This document shows, piece by piece, positions 48,825 to 57,796 of a DNA stretch of 64,000 nt. The stretch's first letter is position 1. Each line of letters opens with the position of its first letter. The notes under the pieces are model-generated. The model ran no database searches and was not told where the DNA came from. It saw nothing but the letters and a program-made list of their open reading frames with translations. Origin of the DNA: an uncultured Candidatus Saccharibacteria bacterium. Lineage in GTDB: Bacteria > Patescibacteriota > Doudnabacteria > UBA920. The stretch is taken from positions 201,481 to 265,480 of the forward strand of contig CAZHIA010000001.1 of assembly GCA_964532425.1 (NCBI GenBank), given 5' to 3'. The translations under genes were made by a program, and so were the position numbers.

Positions 48825-49142
48825 CTACTTCCGTTCCCAAACAACGGAATTCCAACCGGGCTTCCAGTTCGGTTTGTTGGGCACGAACTTTTTGACCGGC
48901 AGATCCCGCAAGCAGGGGAACTGATTGGTATCTGCCAGCGTTTCGGGATTGGCTTCGATGAATACCCGGATGAGCTTGATGTCGTTGGTGGATACGCCGT
49001 TCGACCAGGATCCTTTCGCGGCGATGGCTGCCGCCATCTGTTCCACATCCCTCCAGTCTAACGGCGGGGCGAGATTGATTTGGGCAAGCTGGACGCTGTC
49101 TTGCTTACCCACCGAGCCTTCGAGGCTCATTAAGCAGTACAT
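48825..49142 (-). CDS. hypothetical protein
   Basis: Start at the internal ATG (MYCLMSLEG..) with a GGGAGGAAG SD. A terminator lies at 48762-48806. Confidence 0.45.
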   Translation of the reverse strand: MYCLMSLEGSVGKQDSVQLAQINLAPPLDWRDVEQMAAAIAAKGSWSNGVSTNDIKLIRVFIEANPETLADTNQFPCLRDLPVKKFVPNKPNWKPGWNSVVWERK

Positions 49143-49294
49143 TCTAACTTCCTCCCTACTTGTGATGTTGGAACACACATAAAGATGCCATGTTTATGGG
49201 GTATTGTCAATTCAGCGTAGGCTGCATGCAATTGACAAATACCATAGAAGAGTGGTATTTTTGTTTGTTAGTGAACAACCCAAAGGAGACCAAA

Positions 49295-49603
49295 ATGAAA
49301 GTGCAAGTAGTTTCGTGGAGAGGCTATGCCAGCACCATGGATTTCATTCATGGTATGAGGCAAACTTTTACAGGGTTGCTTGTGTCAGGTGACACAACAC
49401 TCTTAATCACTTCAGTCGACGGGCTGGGACTTCAAGCCGCACGCCTCAACGAGAAAGAATTAGAGTACAAAGTTGAAGGTGAGGTGGAAGTTTCCGAAGA
49501 ATTTGTCCGGCGAGCGGAGGCCTTTGCGGCAGCCAAAGACGAACTGGGCACGCACGCACAAGAATTTAAGGCACTCGTCCCCAAAGGGGCCGGAACACTC
49601 TGA
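49295..49603 (+). CDS. hypothetical protein
   Basis: Start at the internal ATG (MKVQVVSWRG..) with an AAAGGAGA SD. Confidence 0.45.
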   Translation: MKVQVVSWRGYASTMDFIHGMRQTFTGLLVSGDTTLLITSVDGLGLQAARLNEKELEYKVEGEVEVSEEFVRRAEAFAAAKDELGTHAQEFKALVPKGAGTL

Positions 49604-49644
49604 AACGTTTGCACAATCTGAGTGCAGAACGGTCATCTTCTATA

Positions 49645-49688
49645 CTGCCGCCAAGACATCTTCGGATGTTGAGGCGGCTTTGTTTTTG
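49645..49688. terminator. repeated terminator hairpin (copy 2, identical to 48702..48744)
   Basis: Seen directly. Confidence 0.85.
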
Positions 49689-49769
49689 CTTATGTAATGA
49701 GACGTACTGAATACAATAGAGTAACTTTAAGCCGAAATGGTATAATACCATTGCTTAATTATAGTAAAG

Positions 49770-50657
49770 ATGCAACACGAACTTAGGACCTATTCTCCAT
49801 TTGAAAGCGAAAAGGGCAATAGCGGGAGATATAACCCCTTATACGAGTCTGTCCAAATTTCATCGTATGAAGGGTATATTGCAAACCCCGACCGCCAAGT
49901 GGCTTGTTTTTCCCTGGAAGCGGAAATGCAGGCAAAAGGGTTTGAAACCACGGCCATCGGCAATCAAACCGGAATTTTCAGGGTATTTAAAAATAAGAGA
50001 CTTTTTGGGTTGGCCCAAATGACTTTTGACAATACGGCCAAGTCCCATGGTGTGTACTTGCGTTTTATCGATCCGGACGGAACGTTCCATAAGCAGTCGG
50101 TAATCTTAAACCCCAAAGAGTATGACAAGGACGACTTTGAAAACATCCCGCTCGCAGATGCCATAGAGGGCATGACCCAATATTCCGAAGCTCGGCAAAA
50201 AGCATTCGAAGCTTACAAGGCGTCTTTAATAGAAGCGGTCAATAAGGGAAAGCGAAGCGAAAAATATGAAAGCTGGTTCAAAGTTGAACAATATATAACA
50301 AATGAGAACCTAATTTTTTACCGGCTTATAGATTCCATAGGAGGGGAGCTGAGAGATTTTCCTCACTGCACCAATCGGGTCAACCATGACCGTTTGAATA
50401 CGTTAATCGCACATTGGATGGACTTGGACATAGACGATACTCAGTTTGCGCGATCGCTCTTGAAGGACCCAAAGAGCGGGGACTTCCTGTACCCGGAAGA
50501 CTACGAAAAAGTCATACTCAATGACCTTGCGAAAGACGGCGATGACGAAACCGTGAGAGACTTACGCGCCTTCCTGGGCCATGCTTTCCAATACAGACAC
50601 ATTGGACGAATAATCCATACAATTGAGCATAGCCCATACTTTCAAAAATCAACATAG
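49770..50657 (+). CDS. hypothetical protein
   Basis: 295-aa ORF with a terminator hairpin at 50668-50700. Confidence 0.5.
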   Translation: MQHELRTYSPFESEKGNSGRYNPLYESVQISSYEGYIANPDRQVACFSLEAEMQAKGFETTAIGNQTGIFRVFKNKRLFGLAQMTFDNTAKSHGVYLRFIDPDGTFHKQSVILNPKEYDKDDFENIPLADAIEGMTQYSEARQKAFEAYKASLIEAVNKGKRSEKYESWFKVEQYITNENLIFYRLIDSIGGELRDFPHCTNRVNHDRLNTLIAHWMDLDIDDTQFARSLLKDPKSGDFLYPEDYEKVILNDLAKDGDDETVRDLRAFLGHAFQYRHIGRIIHTIEHSPYFQKST

Positions 50658-50812
50658 AAACCATTCGAAAACCGCTAGCCCTCCGCCAGCGGTTATATGT
50701 AAAAGAGGAACTGACACCTTGTTTGTTTATTAGAATATAGTACCGGAGGCTTCTGCTGGTGAATACATAGTCCTTTGTAGAATATCAAAATTTACAAAGA
50801 TTATCTTTGTGT

Positions 50813-50851
50813 ATGGGGGACTGAAGGAGTAAGTTTGAGATTTCTGCTATT
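50813..50851. repeat. direct repeat ATGGGGGACTGAAGGAGTAAGTTTGAGATTTCTGCTATT (left copy)
   Basis: Its partner lies at 57705..57747, with a 17-nt identical core GGACTGAAGGAGTAAG plus extended similarity. The pair brackets the low-GC island. Confidence 0.7.
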
Positions 50852-51074
50852 TTTGAAACCGCGCTCTAGGGCGACTTTGTTTTGCAAAGGTCCCCACGCA
50901 ATGGTCACCTTGGTATACCTTGGTATATGATTTGGTCGTTCGGAAAAGAAATAATAAACTATTTCAATAATTTCAATAGCAATAAATAAGTCTTCATGCG
51001 CCTTATTTATTTATACTTGTTAAATAAGCCAAAAAATGGCATACTATCTGTGTAAATTACTATAGCCAACAATA

Positions 51075-53498
51075 ATGTTGAAGATCTATCTAAAACAAGA
51101 CTGGGATTATCCATCCAATTACGATCCCAATACTAACCCCGGACACTTCGCTGGAAGAGATAAAGAGAAGAAAGAATTAGTCGATGAATTCCTGCGTAAA
51201 GATAACGGTAGTATTTTAATTAGCGGCGCAAGAGGTGTCGGTAAAACCTCTTTAGTTTACTACGCATTAAAAGAGTCTCAAGTAAGAAATACAAATATTA
51301 TTCCTATTGTCCTTAATGCATCTCAATTAGAGCTCCATACTTACCAGGTAACTACTAAGGATAAGGATTTGCCTTATGTTATTATAGAAAACCTGATCAG
51401 AAGACTATACGGGTATTTTCAGACAGATGGTACTAAAGTAGAAATTAGTAACAAAAATTATCAAAAGTTAGGCAACCTTTACAAGAAAGCCACGGCTAAA
51501 GAATATAGTCACTCTGAGCGATATGGAAACAAGGATGAATCTGTTGACGAAAATACCGTTGAAGAAACAAATACAGCTGAATCTACTTTCGATAAAAAAT
51601 CTCTTATTAACCTATTTTACTTAATAGGCATTTATACTCTATTTGCTGATCAATATTTTAATATAGAATATTGGAACAAAATAATTGGCATAACCTTTTT
51701 ATTTATACCCACATTTAGTTATAAATATCTATTTAAATCTGTTAAAAAGAACTTAAGTAAACTTAGCAAATCTAATTCCGCAGAAGATTTATACAAGGAA
51801 GATAATTCTTTGGGCAATCTTGAATATGAACTGAATTCTCTACTAAAAGAGTTATGCAAAGAAGGCAAAAAAGTCATTTTTGTCATTGACGAACTGGATA
51901 AGTTGGAAGATTCTCAAGAGTCAGAATCTAAAAAAGTATTTGAAATTATTAAAACTTTTAAGAATCTTTTTACTTTATCTTCTGCTTTGTTTGTTTTTAT
52001 TACTAGTGATATTTCATATAATACTGTAATGGCAACGAGAGCAGAACGTAGAATGTATTACACTTTATTTACTAATCGAATCTTTTTAAATCGGCCAGCG
52101 TATACTGACTTGGTTAAATATCTTAAAGGTATTGTAGATTATGTTGACAATAGTTTAACCAAAGATCGACCAGAGTTTACAGCCTTAGAGCAAAAGGATA
52201 GAGAGAAATTAAATGGTCTCTTCAATCATTTATGTTATGAAGCAAAAGGAGACTATTTTGAGCTATCTTTTGTTATTAGAGACTACATTAATGATTACAG
52301 TACAGAAGGCGAAAAACAACCAATAATCAATCTTGAGGACGATAAATACTTCGGCTTTGATGATAGGCTGAAAGCTAAACTACAAATAGTAGTAGCTCAA
52401 ATATACGATATAAATAAAAATCCAGTCCAATCACGTTGGCATGAGAATGATGGAATACTATCACAGCTTTATGGTTTCTTTGAGCGTAATCTCGCCAAAG
52501 GAACTTTTAGAATTAACCAGAAAACTGAAAATCAGTTAATAAAAGATGATTTAATCACTTACCTAAAAAGATTAGAAATTATTAAACTTCTAAAAAAAGA
52601 ACCGGAACAAGAAAATTCGGAACCAGACGTTGTCCATGTTTATCAATGGACAAATAACATTCCTGGAGAAAAAAGCATTCCAGATATTCCCGAAGCTCCA
52701 AATACTTTATTTAATGAAGAGCAAGCTTTTATTAATATCGCTAAGAAATACGTTCAATTAATTAACGATATTGATGACTTGGAAACCGATGCTAAAAATG
52801 TTGCTGAAGGAAAGTTTGAAAGAGGATCCTATGATTTTGAAACTGGAATAATTCAAACCCGTGATGCCAGCTCCATAACTGGTATTAATGCCTTTAACTT
52901 TTTTGAAAAATACGATGACTATATTTCCGGATTACTTGATTCTAAGCCCGAACATATTAATAAAGCAGATTTAAAGAATTTCACTAAGGAATTTGAAGAA
53001 GAGTTAAACAAGATTAAAGAGGCTACACTAAATATATTTAAAAATCTACTAATTAAAGTATTTAACTCTACAGGTTTTCAACATGGATTTGCCACTTTAC
53101 CCGAAGACGGCTCATTATTCACAAGCCTGAATGACTTAAGGACCGAAGTTGTTAATAAAGGAGTTCCACATTTTGTAGTATATAACTTAGACCCTGAGAA
53201 ATCTAAGCAGCTTTTAGTTACTCAAAATATAGACCTGAATATTTTGAGTAATGAAACTATAAAGTTACTGGATAAAAATTTATCGTATAGAATACTCAAC
53301 ATTCAAACTAATTCAGCACTAGACTACTCAAATAAAAATAAGTACAAAGATCAAAAGACTGAAACTACTAAAGGCAAAAGTAGAGTAACCGAGTTTACAA
53401 AAACGTCCGATTCATTTATTAACCTTGTAGCTAATAATGATTTATCAGTTTATCCTGAAATGCTAAAATCTGTTCATGATTGGTTTAATAGTAAGTAA
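51075..53498 (+). CDS. KAP-family P-loop NTPase (STAND-like, PifA-like) with membrane hairpin inserted between Walker A and B, plus large unknown C-terminal region
   Basis: FAGRDKEKKEL..x..ILISGARGVGKTSL Walker A, then two hydrophobic helices (LINLFYLIGIYTLFADQYF, IIGITFLFIPTFSYKYLF), then Walker B VIFVIDELDKLED. About 30% GC, against about 55% for the window. Confidence 0.65.
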   Translation: MLKIYLKQDWDYPSNYDPNTNPGHFAGRDKEKKELVDEFLRKDNGSILISGARGVGKTSLVYYALKESQVRNTNIIPIVLNASQLELHTYQVTTKDKDLPYVIIENLIRRLYGYFQTDGTKVEISNKNYQKLGNLYKKATAKEYSHSERYGNKDESVDENTVEETNTAESTFDKKSLINLFYLIGIYTLFADQYFNIEYWNKIIGITFLFIPTFSYKYLFKSVKKNLSKLSKSNSAEDLYKEDNSLGNLEYELNSLLKELCKEGKKVIFVIDELDKLEDSQESESKKVFEIIKTFKNLFTLSSALFVFITSDISYNTVMATRAERRMYYTLFTNRIFLNRPAYTDLVKYLKGIVDYVDNSLTKDRPEFTALEQKDREKLNGLFNHLCYEAKGDYFELSFVIRDYINDYSTEGEKQPIINLEDDKYFGFDDRLKAKLQIVVAQIYDINKNPVQSRWHENDGILSQLYGFFERNLAKGTFRINQKTENQLIKDDLITYLKRLEIIKLLKKEPEQENSEPDVVHVYQWTNNIPGEKSIPDIPEAPNTLFNEEQAFINIAKKYVQLINDIDDLETDAKNVAEGKFERGSYDFETGIIQTRDASSITGINAFNFFEKYDDYISGLLDSKPEHINKADLKNFTKEFEEELNKIKEATLNIFKNLLIKVFNSTGFQHGFATLPEDGSLFTSLNDLRTEVVNKGVPHFVVYNLDPEKSKQLLVTQNIDLNILSNETIKLLDKNLSYRILNIQTNSALDYSNKNKYKDQKTETTKGKSRVTEFTKTSDSFINLVANNDLSVYPEMLKSVHDWFNSK

Positions 53499-53585
53499 AG
53501 TTTACCGAATGCGTGGTACTAGAGGCTTTGAATTTGGCAAACTATTTTGCTCTAAATAAGGCATTTTTGGGCAAATAATATCAAT

Positions 53586-54245
53586 ATGACCACTAAGGAA
53601 CAAGTGCTTACTTTAATTTTCCAAGCTGTTCCGTCTTTCCAAAATTCAAAGATTTGGAAAGAGCATTTAGAATTTTGGGGAGATACAGAAGAACGAGGCT
53701 TGTACAATGATACGGCTGAATTGGCTAGATATATGGCGGAACAATATAAGGCTGGGGAAACTAAGGAACTTCCAGCATTATTCACATTGATTGAAAAGTT
53801 GTACCTCGAGGGAGATCATTACGTCAAAGAATTGGCAACAATTGGATTCTTAGAAGATCTTCAAGGCCAATTTGGTAATGCTGAAATAAAATCTGAGGTA
53901 TTAGAAAAGTATCTTGGACCTGAATCACAAAAATGGTGGAACTATTTAAATAACATTTGGTCAGGCAAGCTAAAGGAAAAATATCAATGGTTCCATGAGC
54001 GTGTTACTGAAATCGTCAATGCGCTTGACCCCTGGTATTTAATTTCAGGAGGTGCCCCCAAAGATGAATATAGCCAGGAAGTTACCCGAATTATAGCTGG
54101 TCTGAAGGATTGCGAAACGGAAGAGGATGCAAGGCAGCTTGTACTTAAACATTTAGGTGGCGAAAACAGTAGCAAAGAAGCTTGCGCCAAGATTGCCCAG
54201 CAGGTTTTCAAAATTTGGGAACAAATATTATTTTCCAAGGAATAA
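53586..54245 (+). CDS. hypothetical protein (island gene 2)
   Basis: 219-aa ORF, low GC. Confidence 0.5.
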   Translation: MTTKEQVLTLIFQAVPSFQNSKIWKEHLEFWGDTEERGLYNDTAELARYMAEQYKAGETKELPALFTLIEKLYLEGDHYVKELATIGFLEDLQGQFGNAEIKSEVLEKYLGPESQKWWNYLNNIWSGKLKEKYQWFHERVTEIVNALDPWYLISGGAPKDEYSQEVTRIIAGLKDCETEEDARQLVLKHLGGENSSKEACAKIAQQVFKIWEQILFSKE

Positions 54246-54249
54246 TTGT

Positions 54250-55176
54250 ATGTGGCCATTTAAGAAAGAAAATAAAAAATTCATGCTGCTTCAATCGGAA
54301 AAAGAAGGCAGGCCGGTTTGGATAACTGTCGATGGCAGCTTGAAAAATTTAGCAAAAAAAGATGAAACTCCCTGGTGTCTTTGGCTTGGAATACAAATTG
54401 AATCCCAAAAAGGATTACCGGACGAAAAGGAAGCAAAAGAGTTGAATGATTTTGAGGATGAAATTCAGAATAAATTATCAAAAATTGGTAAAATTCATTT
54501 TGTTCTTAGAACTACCTGGAACGGCCATCGGGACTTGTATTTTTACTTAAGTAAGGCAAAAGAATCCCATGAACTCCTATTGGGTATTACAAATTTACCA
54601 AAACCGCCGAAACAATTTCAATATGAAATTTCAAAAGACCCAAATTGGCAATCTGTTAATTGGGTATTTGAGCAACTAGATAAACAGCCTAAATCAGACA
54701 ATCCGAAAGATGAGAATAGTGTGACTTTGTTTGCTTTCAACAGCAATGAGAAACTGAAATCTCTTGCATATAGGGCTTTGAATGATGCAATAGAATTTAT
54801 GAAGAAAGATGGAAAATTTAACCCTTTCTGTTTAACAGAAAAAGAACTTTGGCGTCCAAAGTCCATTGGCGTTAATGAAAATATTCAAGAAATAGAAAAA
54901 CACATTGGTGTCTTACAAGACGAAACCATTGCTGTTTACTGCCATAGTGGTACAATCGGCATTCCGCCTTTTGGTAAAGAGGTAAACTGGCCGACACAGT
55001 TTGCAATATTTGTAAAAGCTTATGATAAAAACGAAGATAAAGGGTACTTGATTTTTCAGATGTATCGTCCAAGGACTGAAGCGGAAGGATTTGCTATATT
55101 AGGAAATACCACAATAGCACCAACTCCTAATATTTTTATTCATAGCTGTTTTCACGAAGGTGGCCTTTGCAAGTAA
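54250..55176 (+). CDS. hypothetical protein (island gene 3)
   Basis: Start at the ATG of MWPFKKENKK... 308 aa, low GC. Confidence 0.5.
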   Translation: MWPFKKENKKFMLLQSEKEGRPVWITVDGSLKNLAKKDETPWCLWLGIQIESQKGLPDEKEAKELNDFEDEIQNKLSKIGKIHFVLRTTWNGHRDLYFYLSKAKESHELLLGITNLPKPPKQFQYEISKDPNWQSVNWVFEQLDKQPKSDNPKDENSVTLFAFNSNEKLKSLAYRALNDAIEFMKKDGKFNPFCLTEKELWRPKSIGVNENIQEIEKHIGVLQDETIAVYCHSGTIGIPPFGKEVNWPTQFAIFVKAYDKNEDKGYLIFQMYRPRTEAEGFAILGNTTIAPTPNIFIHSCFHEGGLCK

Positions 55177-55747
55177 TTTGGAAAAACGAATGAAAAGAAG
55201 AGGGCATCTGTGGTTGCGGATTTCAGAAGAATCTAATGCCTTAGATAATCTCCAAAAAGCATATTCATTTATCATTCAAACCCATTCTGATGAGAATGCT
55301 TGGAAATGGGTTATATTAAGTATCCACTCCGCTTTATTCAGTTTTGCTATATGCGCTTTAAAAGGTACAAGTACTATAAATGTAACTATTCAGACAAAAA
55401 AAGGTGAGAGATTGATTAGTTTTCCTGAAGCGATCGAAATGGTACAGGACGAGAATCGGATGAGAATGACCGTGATGAGTAAGCATCTCCAGTTAACAGA
55501 TGACGAAAAGCGCTCGATAGATAGGCTGCATACAGAATTTCGAAATGAATTAGAACATTACATACCTAAATTATGGGTAATTGAAGTTCCCATGCTGCCG
55601 AAGATGGTTACTCACTGCTTGGATGTAATTAGATTTTTAGCTATTGAGTCAGGTAATTACGATCATTTTAGTGGCTACCAAAAACGAAAAATCAAATCAC
55701 TGATTTTCCAAAGTAAGAAATTTCTTACAAAGATGACCTTCGTTTAA
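55160..55747 (+). CDS. hypothetical protein (island gene 4)
   Basis: 195-aa ORF overlapping the previous stop. The true start may be the internal Met (MKRRGHLWL). Confidence 0.4.
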   Translation: MAFASNLEKRMKRRGHLWLRISEESNALDNLQKAYSFIIQTHSDENAWKWVILSIHSALFSFAICALKGTSTINVTIQTKKGERLISFPEAIEMVQDENRMRMTVMSKHLQLTDDEKRSIDRLHTEFRNELEHYIPKLWVIEVPMLPKMVTHCLDVIRFLAIESGNYDHFSGYQKRKIKSLIFQSKKFLTKMTFV

Positions 55748-55826
55748 ATACCTGTTTCTACAGGTATTTTCATTTAGCATGGTATTATTATAGGAGGAGT
55801 GCTACCTATAATTTGGTAATAGATAC

Positions 55827-56150
55827 ATGCTCAGGTTTTTAAAAACTCTCCATACTGTTATCTGGGTAATAATGGCCTCTGCCAATTTTTTGGCTTTTTA
55901 TTTTGCCTACATCGGCAGATTTGATGCCTGGTTTTGGGTACCCTGCTTACTCATAGTGGGTGAGAGCATAATAGTAGCCATGAACGGATGGCACTGCCCC
56001 ATAACCCCGATTGCGGCGAAGTACACGAAAGACCGAAATCCAAACTTTGATATTTATTTGCCTCAATGGTTAGCCGAATACAATGTCCGAATCTTTGGCA
56101 TACTCATAGTCTTGGAAATCATTATTGTTCTGGCCAAAAGATATAGGTAA
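55827..56150 (+). CDS. small membrane protein (DUF2784-like), island gene 5
   Basis: Two to three TM helices and a GWHCPITP motif. Confidence 0.5.
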   Translation: MLRFLKTLHTVIWVIMASANFLAFYFAYIGRFDAWFWVPCLLIVGESIIVAMNGWHCPITPIAAKYTKDRNPNFDIYLPQWLAEYNVRIFGILIVLEIIIVLAKRYR

Positions 56151-56180
56151 AAAGTACAAAAAGGTACCTGACACCATTTT

Positions 56181-56212
56181 GTTCCCGGATTTAACTCCCG
56201 GCATCTCAACCG
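56181..56212 (+). repeat. partial copy of the tmRNA 3' end (T-arm + acceptor 3' strand), inverted relative to ssrA
   Basis: gttcccggatttaactcccggcatctcaaccg matches ggacccgggtttaactcccggcatctccacca (the ssrA 3' end) at 27 of 32 positions. Confidence 0.75.
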
Positions 56213-56217
56213 TATAT

Positions 56218-56252
56218 GAAAACCACCCTTCGACTAGTTCAGGGTGGTTTTG
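56218..56252. terminator. conserved terminator hairpin AAAACCACCCttcgactagttcaGGGTGGTTTT (family copy 3)
   Basis: Differs from copy 1 at only 3 loop positions. Confidence 0.8.
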
Positions 56253-56255
56253 TGT

Positions 56256-56864
56256 TTACAAGGCACCGGGTACCTTTTCTGTTCCTTGCTTGGCAACTGC
56301 GAGGAAGACGTATTTGCGGGCCTCCCACTTCTTGCGGTCAGAAATCTCGCGGCTGTCTAAATACTTAAGACATGGACCTCCTAAACTCATTAATTCGGGC
56401 TGCCAGCGGGTGGACATGTAATACATCATCGGCGCTATCACGATTGGGGACTGAGATTTCTTTTTACGAACAAGCAGCTTATTACCTTGGTCTTCGTAGC
56501 CGCCACCCAAAGCCCAAACGAAGACTCCTGGATATTCTTTCAAGATCTCGGGGCAAATGGCGGAAAAAGCCAACCAGTGAATGATGGAAGCCGGGGCCAT
56601 ACCAAAGGCGTCCAGCTCCCTGAGGACCGTTGTGGTAATCATTTCGCGTTCGTTCAAAAATCCTCGAATCTCTACGGTTTCGGTTACATGTCTGCGGTAA
56701 CTATCGTACTTGTCTCTGACCGTTTGGGAAATACAAGTCATCCGTTCCTGGGCATGCGGAGTTTTCCGGTGGGCCGCCCGAAACATTTCTTCAAATGTTT
56801 TGGAGCGGTCAATGTTCACCGTAACCGGCAGATGTATGCCAAAAACTTCCTGTGCCTCAATCAT
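56256..56864 (-). CDS. hypothetical protein
   Basis: 202-aa ORF with normal GC. Confidence 0.5.
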   Translation of the reverse strand: MIEAQEVFGIHLPVTVNIDRSKTFEEMFRAAHRKTPHAQERMTCISQTVRDKYDSYRRHVTETVEIRGFLNEREMITTTVLRELDAFGMAPASIIHWLAFSAICPEILKEYPGVFVWALGGGYEDQGNKLLVRKKKSQSPIVIAPMMYYMSTRWQPELMSLGGPCLKYLDSREISDRKKWEARKYVFLAVAKQGTEKVPGAL

Positions 56865-56977
56865 AAACCCTCCTTAATATGGTTGACTCGAAATCGCTCT
56901 TGCTCCTAAACGGACTCAGCAGGAGTAGGGGTTGCAATAAGGTGTCGTGTGCCTTTTTTGTCCCACACCCATTGCTC

Positions 56978-57019
56978 ATTATTCTAAAAAAGCTGCATAT
57001 GCAGCTTTTTGTAGAATGA
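56978..57019. repeat. 44-bp palindrome family copy 3 (CATTATTCTAAAAAAGCTGCATATGCAGCTTTTTGTAGAATGAT)
   Basis: Seen directly. A TTGACA-N17-TAGACT promoter-like sequence lies about 45 bp downstream. Confidence 0.9.
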
Positions 57020-57121
57020 TAAGATTTTCAATGATTACCTTTGCGTGTCTGTCTTGACAAATTATAGTAGTCATAGTAGACTTTGTAGTCTTATAAAGAT
57101 ATGGAAGTAGGGGGGATTAAA

Positions 57122-57571
57122 GTGGAGGATATTGAAAGAAAGATTGTCCGTCCGGCAACTCGCCGTGACTGGCCGCGATTCGCATATGGTTTGGACAAGG
57201 CTCGAAAACTATTTGTGGCAGACGGAACGGAAGTGTATTTCCGTCATCTGCAAGTGGTGGAAGTCCACCGTCCGGTAACCCGTACTTTCACTAAATGGTG
57301 GGGTCTCAGAAAGTACCAAGAATCGTTCGATGAAATCGAAGAGGCGATATACTTCCAACCATCCGGTAGTGAGACGGCGTCGGACTACTTCTATTTCCGC
57401 TTCTATGAAGAAAAAGTGCTCTTGAAGGACTTGCCGGACGAAACTCTGTTCATTGCGACGGATAAGTTTGTGCGGAGGGGTGGTCGCATTGTAAGGAAGA
57501 AGAAGTCTTGGCTGAAGAAACTTATTTCAGCCCTCACACCCGCACCTGAGCCGGAGATTGTTCCTGCCTAG
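57122..57571 (+). CDS. hypothetical protein
   Basis: GTG start after an AGGGGGG SD. The longer frame starts at 57101. Confidence 0.45.
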   Translation: MEDIERKIVRPATRRDWPRFAYGLDKARKLFVADGTEVYFRHLQVVEVHRPVTRTFTKWWGLRKYQESFDEIEEAIYFQPSGSETASDYFYFRFYEEKVLLKDLPDETLFIATDKFVRRGGRIVRKKKSWLKKLISALTPAPEPEIVPA

Positions 57572-57704
57572 GCCATCAAACACGAATCGTTTAAAGTCTT
57601 TCAAGGCCGGGGGAGTTAGTGGCCTGTTAACCCCTTTCTCATTCGCAAGCGCCCCGCTTGCGAATTTTTATTTGTCAAACAACTGTGGTACCTTTTCCGT
57701 TCAT

Positions 57705-57747
57705 ATGGATGGTGGACTGAAGGAGTAAGGTGGAAATCTCTGTCATT
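57705..57747. repeat. direct repeat ATGGATGGTGGACTGAAGGAGTAAGGTGGAAATCTCTGTCATT (right copy)
   Basis: Partner of 50813..50851. Confidence 0.7.
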
Positions 57748-57796
57748 GACGAATACCAGTTAGTGTGGTATTTTTGACTGTCTAAGGAGGACACAG

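Noticed and set aside
47138-56212. Classical integrase-mediated island with direct att repeats at ssrA
   Set aside because: The second copy of the ssrA 3' end is in inverted, not direct, orientation, and no integrase is visible. It is therefore reported only as a rearrangement or remnant signal.
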